Assembly: GCF_000150275.1 (NCBI RefSeq) | Contig: NW_002060947.1 | Span: 3,464,980-3,528,979, forward strand | Length of the DNA: 64,000 bases | Direction of reading: 5' to 3' | DNA from: Trichoplax adhaerens | Lineage: Eukaryota > Animalia > Placozoa | Shown here: piece by piece, positions 48,101 through 59,211 of the stretch | Layout: every line of letters starts with the position of its first letter | Numbering within the stretch: position 1 is the first letter of the stretch | The notes under the pieces: generated by a model | The model's input: only the letters and a program-made list of their open reading frames with translations | The model's database searches: none | Told to the model about the DNA's origin: nothing | Position numbers and translations under genes: made by a program

Positions 48101-51100
48101 GAAGAAGAGGATGAAGTTGAACAAGAGGAAGAGCAACGAGAAGAGATACAAATTGAAGATGAATTGTCTATCGATGATTACGACCGTATTGAAGAAGAAG
48201 CACACCAGTTGCAGATTGAATATGACCGTGCAGCTGTCGAAAAGCATATTTTACAAAAGGAATACGATATTAATACACAACGATTGCAAGCAGCTATGGA
48301 AGCCATCAATAGTCTTGAAACACAAACAAAGTTATGGCAAGATCTAGTCGATGAGAATACATCGTTAGATTTACTACTAGCTAATTGTGTTTGTGCTAGT
48401 GCATTTTTAGCCTATTTAGGACCGCTCGGTGCCGATGCACGATCAAATTGCGCTGCTGAGTTTATGCGAGCGTGTATGGGGAATAAATTACCAGTGGCTA
48501 AAAAAGCGATATTTACGGACGTTACCCTAGCTGAATTTGTATTAGGCCAAGCTAATTTAAGGCGTATTGAAGTAAGTGAAAGGCTTCCTAAAGATATTTT
48601 ATCGCAAGAAAACTTCTGCATCTTCAAATACCAAGTTTATTGTAATTCATGGATATTGTTATGTGATCCGCAACGTATCGCATCCACATATGTCGCTGCT
48701 AATGTTGACGACATTACTATAGTTCGCTATAAAGAATTACGTAATCAACTAGATACATGTTTAAATGATGGTAAGGAAATACTAATTACTGACGTAGACA
48801 CCAAGAGTATACTTGAAGATAAACGCTTTTCGATACTATTGCGCCATGCTGATCTATTTGATAAAGAGCGTGAAACATTTAAAATGATGATTGGTGATCA
48901 TGAAGTTGAATGTAATCCACAATTTAGAATGACATTATCAACGTCTTGTCTGCCTATGAATGTACCAGATGAGTTGGCATCTCAATTAAGTGTAATTGAA
49001 TTATCACATTCAACCCAAGGTCTCGAGGAGTTATTATTGGATTTCTTTATGCAAAAAGAGAAAACGCGCATTGATGAAGATAGCACACAAATCGCTGAAG
49101 AAATGATCGCTATCTATAATCGTTTGGAAACGATTGAGCAAAATATGCTAGAATTATTATCATGCAATAATAAATTACTCCACGATCTGACGATGACTAA
49201 AAAATTAACCTCATTAAAGAAAGCTTACGATGAAGCTATTGAAAATCAAGCTAGAGTCAAAGTTAACGAAGATAACATCATTAATACACGGCAGCATTAT
49301 CGACCTGTAGCGAAACGCGGTGCAGTCCTATTTAATGTCTCCAAGCAAATGGCATTAGTAAATCCAATGTATCAGATATCATTAGATCAATTTTTGAACA
49401 TGTATTCAACATCTATATTGCATTCAGATAGAACTGTTGTTAAAGCAGTCGTTGATCGTCTAACACAATTAGTCTTCTTTTCAATCGCGCGTGGCTATTT
49501 CGAAATTGATCAATTTTTATATGCATTGCATTTAGCAATTGAAGTCGAAGGGTCGGAAGGACGTGTTGGCAATCTAGAAAGAGAATATCTTATATCACCG
49601 ACTTTAGCTAATCAACTTATGATGGCTCAAGGTAAACCAGCGGTCTCTGATTTGCCACCAAGTAAACATATGGGTAAAAAACCATTTGAATGGATGTCTG
49701 ATGATCAATATCAGAATTTATTAACATTGGCTTCATATTATGATTGGTTTACTGATTATTTTGAACGCATGACACGTGATGGTCGCGAAACTCAATGGCG
49801 TGCATTATGTGAACATTTAACGCCTGAAAATGCTGCATTACCTGATATTATCGAAGATCGCTTAAAACCAATGCAAAAATTATTAATATTACGCGCAATA
49901 CGCCCTGATCGGCTATTGCAAACTACCGCTGCGTTTGTTGTATCAGTTTTAGGTAAACGCTATGTCGGTGAGGTTGCATGTGATTTGACAACGTCGTACA
50001 AGCAAGGCAATAATCGCCAACCAATGCTACTGGTATTTTCCTCGGAAGCTGAAACTGCTGAACGCTTAGTTTATGATTTTTCTGTCAAACGCGGTATACC
50101 GTTAGTTAATTATAATATGTGCGACTCAATAGCTGAAGAAAGTCGCATTAATAAAGCTGTTCAACGTGGTATGCTCAACGGCCAATGGGTAATGTTACAT
50201 AATGCTCATTATGCACCCCATTTATTAAATACGCTAAATACAATCTTATCGGATACGAAACAAATTGATCCATCATTTAGGTTATGGATATCATCAAAAC
50301 CAAATACGATATTATCACATCAGTTATTACAGTCATCGATTAAATTAGTTGTTGAACCACCTAAGCGCATGAGAGAATCAATATTAAGCTGCTTAAATTG
50401 GATCGAACCGGATACATTCAAAACAAGTCAGCGCTCAGAGTGGATACCGTTATTGCATAATCTGTGCTTACTGCATAGTTCATTGCGCCTACGTACAAGA
50501 TACAAGAATCGTGGTTGGAATGCTCCATATGACTTAGAATGGAGTAATTCAGAATTTTGGCAAGCTATTGAATTCTTTCGACGTGAATTTGCTAATATTG
50601 GTGTATTAGAAAGTAGCGGCGGTGCAACTGGTGTAAAAAATATAACTTGGACTGGTTTACGCACCATGTTATCAGAAGTTATCTACGGCAATATTATATT
50701 CGATAAATTCGATCAAGCAACGCTAAACGCTATTGTTGAAAAATGGATTAATTCAGGTGCAATTAAACGTGATTCTGAGCCTATGAAGGTAAAATATCGC
50801 GCACCTGCTATTATTTTTAGTCCTAATGTCCGAATGTCAGCTATAGCTCAAGCGATGGAAAATGTAAATCATTCAATATTAGATGTGCCTGAAGCATGTG
50901 GACTACATTCATCATCTGAAGTAGCGCTGGATGAAGGACCTTATCTATTTTATATGCTAAGTAAAATTATACATGATATGCCAGATATTGGAAATCGTAA
51001 ATGGAACCAGGATCAACAAGTTGCTACCTCGGATAAAACAATTACTGTTAATCAAGCTTTAGCCATACCTCACAATACTAATGCCCAGCCATTACATACT

Positions 51101-52752
51101 GCGTATTCTGATCTAGATATAATAATATCATCGACTTTTATTCCTGGCCGTCGAAGTCGTTATGTTGACATACATGAAATTGCTATTAATCTACTAAGTA
51201 AGTTACCAAAAGGCTGGACACGAGAGTTCATTCATGAAAGAATTAAAAAGAAGAAAGGATCTATTCATTCGCCATTTAATCAATTCGTATTATCTGAGGT
51301 TGAATTAATGAATAAGTTAATTCAACAGATTCGATTAACTTTAACAAGCCTTAAAGAAGCTACACAACATGACTTACTGGGTGACCATACTAATGATGAT
51401 GCATTACGAGCTGCAAGCGATCTATATTACTTGAGAATACCTGAAGATTGGTGTAAATTGGGTGGACCCTCAGCACCTCCGCATCATTGGAATTTAGGTT
51501 ATTGGATCGATGATTTTAATAAACGTTTTCAACATTTAGACAGAATGCTGTTACAGGTAAGAAATAGCTATTCTGAAATTGTCAGGCACACCTAGTCATT
51601 CCTCGTACTAAACTTTAAAACAAAAATAGTTACAATTTCTACTTAAACTCGTATACTATAACCTACGTAGGATTCTCTCGAGTAGTACAGCTATCCCGCT
51701 GGCTTCCTAGGATATATGTTTAATATTTACTTGATAGATTATCTCAAAGTAATTTAAACCATGCTAATTATTTCCCATTCCCATTCTGTACTATTCTTGT
51801 TATAAAATAATTTTAAATATTTTACTAGCAAGTTCAAACTAGTATGATAGGCTTATAAAATATAATGTATTTATTTTCTATATGAGTACATAAATTATCC
51901 TTCTTAATATCTTTCTGGAAATAAAATATCAATATTTTTTATTATTTCTTGCTAGACTCGAGATAAAATTCCCGCGTATTGGCTCGGTGCTCTATTTCGA
52001 CCCCAAAGTCTACTCGCTATCATCAAACAGGCATGTACTTGATATCATGAAGTGCTAGTAAGCAATACCAGATCTTCAAATGATATGCATATTGACTAGA
52101 AAGAATATTATAATATTACTATAATATATTCAGCGTTTAATATGAATAACGAGTATGGTAAACTAATCTGTATATGAGCACGTATTTGCTATCTACTCAT
52201 TGATTAACTTGACTAAGTATCATTAATATCGTATCGTTGGACCATTGCAGGATACAATTCGCGCACATTATAAGCATGGCATAGCAGAAGAGTACGTCTT
52301 ACAAATTGAATTAACTGCCAGAGATAAAGATCATGTAAGTAAAAATATTTAAAAATCAGAAAATTATATATAACGAAAAACGATAAATGTTATAATTGAT
52401 TAAATTTGAATTTTTTTAACTTTTATAGCTAAGAGATGCGCCTAATGAAGGCATGTTTGTCTATGGAATCTACGTTTGGGGAAGTTCTTGGGAAAAGACT
52501 GCCGGTGAACTACAAGATGCAGCCCCTAAATCAAATCCATCATCGCTTCCAGTCATTCATATCACTGCAGTACCAATATCAGATAAACCATGGATAACCG
52601 ATCCTAGCTCATATCCATCAGTTTATCAATGTCCATGTTATTGTTCCCGTATGAATCGAGTGGAACCATTATTTTGCTTAGATATCAAAAACGATAGTGG
52701 CGGATCGCGCTGGGCACTTAGAGGACTGTATGCAACATTACGTCCATTTTAA
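30123..52752 (+). CDS. Divergent axonemal dynein heavy chain, outer-arm gamma (DNAH5/DNAH8-like) type; ~45 exons, roughly 5,200-5,300 aa by hand tally
   Basis: Tail matches the DNAH5/8 pattern (GPLSELYRW..QLKGKECKAVISVLITAKSKLLKRWK..ITEAVNETKDKVKYL; PPVAGAINWIRQL). Linker motifs EIRNRHW and FPRFYFVSD. AAA1 GPWGTGKT (41680-41703), AAA2 GPPGSGKS (43697-43720), AAA3 GPPGCGKT, stalk/MTBD, AAA5-6, C-terminal GMFVYGIYVWG..W and YQCPCY..RWALRG. First exons 30123-30790, 30987-31160, 31555-31759, 32024-33154; last exons 43683-45771, 46033-51556, 51956-52030, 52251-52334, 52429-52752. Confidence 0.93.
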
Positions 52753-55058
52753 TCTTATTTTTGATATGCTGATGTTTTTTATTGTGTCAGATACGAATTT
52801 TAATTTCTCTAAAATTAGTTCATATATAGTTAGTACAAAAATATTACAAAGCTTTCTTTCATTATCATCTTCATGTATGAATCGAAAAGTATCTATTTTT
52901 ACATATATAAATTTGCACAATTTATTATGACGATACTTTCAGACAGGAGAAGACATTAACGTCGTTGCTTGATTTTTCTTCATTTAATATATCATATATC
53001 AAGTCTGTTAATGTTGCAAATATCTTGTGCCGTAGAGTTACTTCGAAATAGTAGCTTGTAAAATTTTTATTTAGCATTGTTTAATCACTTCTATACATGA
53101 AATAGCGCAAATATACCAGTCAGTATATTAAATCTACTTTACGCGTGTCTTAAATAAAGTAGGAATAATTGTCATATCGGATATGATATATTGTTCTATA
53201 TTGTAATATTTCAACATAATTATATTGATATATATCTTCCTGTACAGTATCTATAGCAATAGTTATTTTAAACTTTTATGACCTTCATTAAATGTGTGAT
53301 TGTTGTTAATTATTTCTTGATTTTAGTTGTATTTTGAGTATGAATATGCTATCTACGCTTGTATATTAATAAGTAATTTTTAATTCTACCGAATAAACGA
53401 TACTAAATCTACACCACTTGATAATCAACGATATTAAATATCGTATGCAAATTAACAGTAGTAAATTCTTGTTATAAAATTAATATCAAATCATTCAAAT
53501 ATGTCCGAAAAGTTAAATAGTATGTCAACATTGAAATGAAGCTGGAAGAACTAGGAGCAATTTGTTATAAATATCATTAGCGATTTTTGAGTACTGAATA
53601 TATTGTGGATAAACATTAATATATATTAACGATTTTATAGTAAGAATTCTTAACTAGCCCATGATTGATAAGCTAGTTGTTTCATTTGTATTCAACAAAT
53701 GAGTGTTAGATACAGTGTAGTAAAAATAACTTTCAAATATCCCCAGGGCTGCTTCAGTACTGATGAAATTTAATGTAAATAAATCTGTACTCTAAAAAAG
53801 CTCTGAAATTGATTTCAAAAATAGTATTACCTAAGCTATAGTAGCAGCTAATAAAGTATTGTATGCGAATAGTAACAATAATCTATCAAATTAGCTAACG
53901 ACTGCTACGTATTGGCTTACTGGCAATGGTAATATTATTGGTATTGTGATGTAGTAATTATCAGTCATTGAGTAAAATAGAAAGCATCAGGCTATCTATC
54001 AGCTAATTAATAAATAGCTAAATGTAAAACTAGCCATTTTAAGTTTATTACTTTATCTATCGTGATATAATCAAAACTAGGATTTTTAACACATTTACTG
54101 GCAACAATGTAATTTTAAAGTATCAGCAACATTTCATGCTCCACAAGTGATTAAATGTAATTAATATGAATGCAGTTATTAAGATTTCATTAATAGTTAA
54201 TTAAAGTTTTATTTTATCATGATTGCAATCACAATATTTAGTAGAAAGCCATTCTATCATAAATTTTTAATAATTCTATCCAGTGAAAAATGAAAATCAG
54301 ATATAATATGACATGTTCAAACTGAAATAATCAGCATCAACTAAATTATTGTAAATATTACCTTAATATGATATTATGTGTTATTGGATAACGGCAGCCT
54401 GCAAATGCTTTTTATAACATACAGTTCCTAAATTGCGAGCTTACGTGTAATACTATTATATGTATATACCCAAGTAATTAATATATAGAATTCCATGAGA
54501 GTAAATGAATATTGAAATTATGATAGTAAATACGTTACTTCGGAGTTGACAAGTTTACCATTAATCTAAAAAATTTTCATAATATAGATTTATTCATTTT
54601 GCTTATTAGAACTCTGATGAATTGGCACATAGTCCTAAGCGTAGTTCGTGTAATAAATAAACATCATCAATGCTAGTATTACTTTTTTGGGTTATCCTGT
54701 TGTAAATTATGAGTGATTATACAAATACGATAAAAGTGTAGAATGAGACAAGATTAAAATTGAATTACGCTACTGTGTATCTGAACTGCAATATCAGCTA
54801 CAATCCGCATAAAATTCTATCGAAGTATATAAAATATTCAACTTAAGATACCAAATATTGCCCGTGATCACTCGATAAACAAGTTAAAAGTGTTCTAATG
54901 TGTGATTTATGTGATGGAAGTCTGGCTAAAGATTTGTAATTCGGAGTGAATACTCAGAGTTAAAACTGTGATAGAAAAGAAATCAAAGCTGGTGAAGAAA
55001 GGTATCAAGAACTCATTAGTAGGATTTAATGAGAGATAGCAATCATAACTATACGTAT

Positions 55059-56777
55059 TTAATAGTGAAATCCGCCACGTTTAACAAATTCATCCTCACG
55101 TAATCGTCCACCGCGGCCAAACAAAATAAAATGCAATCCCATTAGTATTCCAGCAACTAAGCCAATGCCATATTTAATCTTACCCTCAGCACAATCCAAA
55201 CCTAGTTGAGATGGTGGTATTAAGTGTCGTGGCAACTCAGCAGGTAAATCGCAACCATCCAATTTTAATTTAATTAAATACAATGCCAGAGCAAATTCTT
55301 CATCATCCAAGAGATTGTCACCATCATGATCAGCCAACACCCATATCTTACCCAAGACGCTATTAGGCAGTTTAGATTTCATCATTTCATTTTTAGCATC
55401 ATCTGATGATATCCTGCCTTCAATCGGATTTAAACTATAAAATATTTTATCATATTTGGATTTGTCATAACGTACTGCCCAAAATGGTGAATTAGCACCG
55501 ATATCCACGCCACTTATGGCTAATGTAGAAAATGGCCCTTCCATTCCTAAGCCAAAGGCACCGCCACGTATGGCTGGTGTTAAAGAGCTGGCTTGTAAAG
55601 CCATATCTTTCAAAATTGGTATCTCACAGAGTAACATTCGATCAACAATTTCGATTAACTTTGGCTTCAAAGTTTGAAATTTAGAGAAATCAGCTGTGCG
55701 CAAATATTTCTGAAAAACTTCAATAGGTGGAAAATCACCACGCGGTATTCTATATTCTTCCTCAACATGGAAATAAATATCAGATAGATTAAAGATTAAA
55801 TTATCTTTTCGAGCTTGTTTACGAAAGATAGATGGCATCTCTTTTTTCAAGTAAGCAATTAAATGAGCATGACAACGTACTAAACGCGATCTTTTAATGA
55901 CATAATCTAGCTTTTCCATAGCAAGATCACGTGGTAAATTTCTTAAATCTTCAAGCAAATCTTGCTTTTCAGCTTCAAGTAATTGTCGACTCTCTTCAGT
56001 GGATAATCGACTAAATGGCTCATCCCAAAATGAGCCAATATAAACTCGAGGAACAAAGCGCGACGGTATAATTTTACCCAGGTAGAACATTAACGCACCA
56101 TAAACACGGAATAATTGCTGATAATCGATTAAATCGGATTTATTCAAGACAATGCGGACTTTATGGATATTTTTGGTTAACAAATCCAAGATAGCTTTCA
56201 TTTCATCACCAACCTCCAATTTTTGAGCGTCAAATAGTAAGACAATACGATCAGCATGTTCAGCAAACCAGTCGATAACACGTGGAAAATCATAGCCGCG
56301 TTTAACATTGGACATATCGCTTAAGATACCAGGTGAATCAATGATTGTTAAATTTTCCACCACTGAAGATTGGATTTCAATACATGTTAACTCATCCAAT
56401 AGGTTATTACCGAATTTACCTAATGCGCGATAATCTTTGCTTGGGTCGGATACTAAAGCATGACCAGGCAACAATTTGTCATTTTCACCATACGATATAG
56501 TGCAAAAGTTATCGGTTGATGGTTCAGGACTGACCTTCATACCAGGATAGCCACGACTTAACAAATACTTGATAAATGTAGTTTTTCCCGTACTATATTC
56601 CCCAACTAACAAGATAGTGGGTTTGATATTAAAATCTTTGTCACCCATGGGTGGTAAATCGAAATTATCGAAGTTGTAATATTCCTCCAAAGGCAAGACT
56701 TTATTCTTGTAAACTTTTTGCAACTCATCCATGACACGTTGTAGTGCCTCAACTTCTCTAGTTTCGTTTAGACTCAT
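55059..56777 (-). CDS. EH-domain-containing dynamin-like ATPase (EHD/RME-1 family), divergent, with hydrophobic C-terminal extension
   Basis: P-loop LLVGEYSTGKTTFI, PEPSTD, IIDSPGILS, RGYDF, VLNKSD, RVYGALM, RVYIGSFW, EMPSIF, GPF, EH domain SKLPNSVLGKIWVLAD.DGD..LDDEEFALA. The first ATG is at 56777 (the ORF-track start at 56825 is a TTG); candidate 5'UTR intron 56845-56778. Confidence 0.92.
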   Translation of the reverse strand: MSLNETREVEALQRVMDELQKVYKNKVLPLEEYYNFDNFDLPPMGDKDFNIKPTILLVGEYSTGKTTFIKYLLSRGYPGMKVSPEPSTDNFCTISYGENDKLLPGHALVSDPSKDYRALGKFGNNLLDELTCIEIQSSVVENLTIIDSPGILSDMSNVKRGYDFPRVIDWFAEHADRIVLLFDAQKLEVGDEMKAILDLLTKNIHKVRIVLNKSDLIDYQQLFRVYGALMFYLGKIIPSRFVPRVYIGSFWDEPFSRLSTEESRQLLEAEKQDLLEDLRNLPRDLAMEKLDYVIKRSRLVRCHAHLIAYLKKEMPSIFRKQARKDNLIFNLSDIYFHVEEEYRIPRGDFPPIEVFQKYLRTADFSKFQTLKPKLIEIVDRMLLCEIPILKDMALQASSLTPAIRGGAFGLGMEGPFSTLAISGVDIGANSPFWAVRYDKSKYDKIFYSLNPIEGRISSDDAKNEMMKSKLPNSVLGKIWVLADHDGDNLLDDEEFALALYLIKLKLDGCDLPAELPRHLIPPSQLGLDCAEGKIKYGIGLVAGILMGLHFILFGRGGRLREDEFVKRGGFHY

Positions 56778-57089
56778 CTTGATATCGATTAGAGCAGTAG
56801 CAATCCAATGATAAAAACTATACAAAGATCCAATAATAAAATTACCTGAATCGTTGATTGATTTTATTAATGTTTTCTTTAGTATGATACGATATAAAGT
56901 CCTTTATACTTTTACGGTATCTATTTCTAAACTGAATAAGGCAGGCTATCGGAAAGTGGAATGAATTTCTTCTGTACTTAGACCAATTAGTGGAATTGAA
57001 AGCAACTTAGCTGCGTCCAAGTATTCAAGTTTCCTTCAAAAAAATAAATTAAGGATTAGCGCATATAGAGAAAGAGTAATAGATAGAAA

Positions 57090-57173
57090 GATAGATGAGT
57101 AGTTGGATAGAATAATCAAAAATTAATGACAGATAGATAGATGGGTAGTTAGATAGAATAATCCAAAATTAAT
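57090..57173. repeat. Imperfect tandem duplication (38 bp, period 46) inside a GATA-rich purine tract
   Basis: gatagatgagtagttggatagaataatcaaaaattaat (57090-57127) versus gatagatgggtagttagatagaataatccaaaattaat (57136-57173), three mismatches. Confidence 0.8.
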
Positions 57174-58937
57174 TAGAGATATAGACAACTAGAGAGGTAG
57201 GTAAAGAGATTAGTAGAACTCAGTATAGAGATCGTTTAATAGATAAAGAAATAGGTAGACTGTTGGATATATGTTTTAACTGAATTACGCCTGAGGATAT
57301 TTAGCTAATTTAAGCTAAACTAAAATTGCTGTAAATCAAAGTTATTGCAATACTTTCGTTTGGTTCCTACAATAACGACGATATTCCCCACCAATTAAAG
57401 TAGCAATGATTCATTCTTAACTGAAGTTCTTCAAAGATTACCTTTATCAAAAAATGGCTTAGCTATGTACTATATATGTATACTGATTATTTATGGATGC
57501 TTCCAAGATTACAGCCCTTGAACAACTATTATTTACTTTTAAATATTTAGTTACTTACTCATAGTATTGGAGCACGTCCCTCCTAGAAATTGCTGCTAGC
57601 CTGAAAAGGTTAAAACGACAGCAACGACTGTTAACTTTTCCCTTTAGCTAAGATGAATAACCTTTAGCGTCTCTGGCCTACATCAATGTATTAGCATTCA
57701 CTGCGTCATCATCTAATCATGATTAGAATAGAAATAGACCATATGTTGTAACATAGCATATGGTTACTAGATTGAAAATCACCAAGCCAATGTCTTATCA
57801 TTGGATATCAATAATTATATACATATTCAGCGTGCTTAATACTTAATCTTTGGGCGTCGTCAAAGTGATGACTAACAGTTAACTAACCAATAAAGCAAAA
57901 GTCATGTACTTAAAATTGCCATAAGTAAGCTATTTAACGAATCAATTTAGTTAAACAGTCTATCAAGGCTTTATATGACTTTGAACAATTAGAACCAAAT
58001 GATTAATTATTACGTTATAACTACTGTAATAAAATCGATCTAAGTCGAGCCAATCTATAAAATGTAAATTTCCTCTTTGGAATTGAAAAGACCAATTTTT
58101 TCCCTATAAAGCCTCAGATAAACTATGCATATAATCGGTTATCACTTTGCTTTGAAAGTAATCTACAATTTAAAATATAAAATAAGGTTCTAGCAATCTG
58201 ATTCTATTTAGATGTAATATGATTGAAACGTTTCTAACTGATACTATAATGAGTAACTTTCCGTTACGTGATTAAATCAGTATTCTCGTTGACTAGAATA
58301 AGTCATTGCTTCGCTTCTACGCGTAGACTGTGCTGGTATAACATCATTAATATTTTTGCCTACATTTTATATACACATCATATTAAATATCAGATTCCGA
58401 AAGTGTTACGTGAAACAATTGTTATGAATTGGTATAAACATATGCTTTCGTTTACCAGTGACGCTATCATCTATATGCAACCGTATTGTTCGATTCTGCT
58501 AGATCCCAGAACGATTGCTTGATGAAATGAACATTCAATATGAATATAAAAATATTAATAATATCATACTTAAATAACATTACCGGTTCATTTTGTTATA
58601 AGATCCATACTTATTTCTTACAGTCTCTTACAATGATAATTTTCAATTCATAGTAATTTTTGTATAATGAAATCAGGCGGCATTAGAATATCTTCCTATT
58701 AGTAGCAAAATTAACGATAGTCAATATGAAGAGCAGTATGTCTAGAAAATTTATTACTCTCGATTATCAATTTATAGTAATAGTACGCGTATGGACTATT
58801 AAATTATGGTAATTATAGGCAGATTAGCACGATCTTGATACGAATCATATAACCATTAAAGATGAAGCTCAAGAATCGATAAACGATAATATTTTAAGTA
58901 ATATCTAAGTATGTTTGCGTAATCAATCTTGCCATTT

Positions 58938-58958
58938 TATATATATATATATATATAT
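58938..58958. repeat. (TA)n microsatellite
   Basis: About 10 consecutive TA units. Confidence 0.85.
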
Positions 58959-59211
58959 GTATACCCTCCGCTATGTATAACCGCTAAATTACTTTATTAA
59001 GCCTGGAGTAGAAGCCTTAGATCGGCTACTGTTCTATCTTCCAATAGCAGCAGTATGATAGAGACAGTACAAACTTAGTCAATACGCAGCAGCCTCTACT
59101 TTGTAGATTTTACAATATGAATTAATCCTTTCAATCAAGAAATAAGAGCTTATAGTATGTTATTATCTTTTATTAGCATATTAACAGCTTGGCAACTTCA
59201 ATATTGCTCCT

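Noticed and set aside
43771-50667. Antisense or alternate-frame ORFs inside the giant dynein exons
   Set aside because: Shadow ORFs of the dynein coding sequence.
52753-55058. Possible hidden gene between dynein and EHD
   Set aside because: No phase-consistent exon chain found; compatible with convergent 3'UTRs and spacer.
56778-56825. MYSFYHW N-terminal extension of EHD resembling MFSW
   Set aside because: It begins at TTG and lies inside a probable 5'UTR intron (56845-56778).
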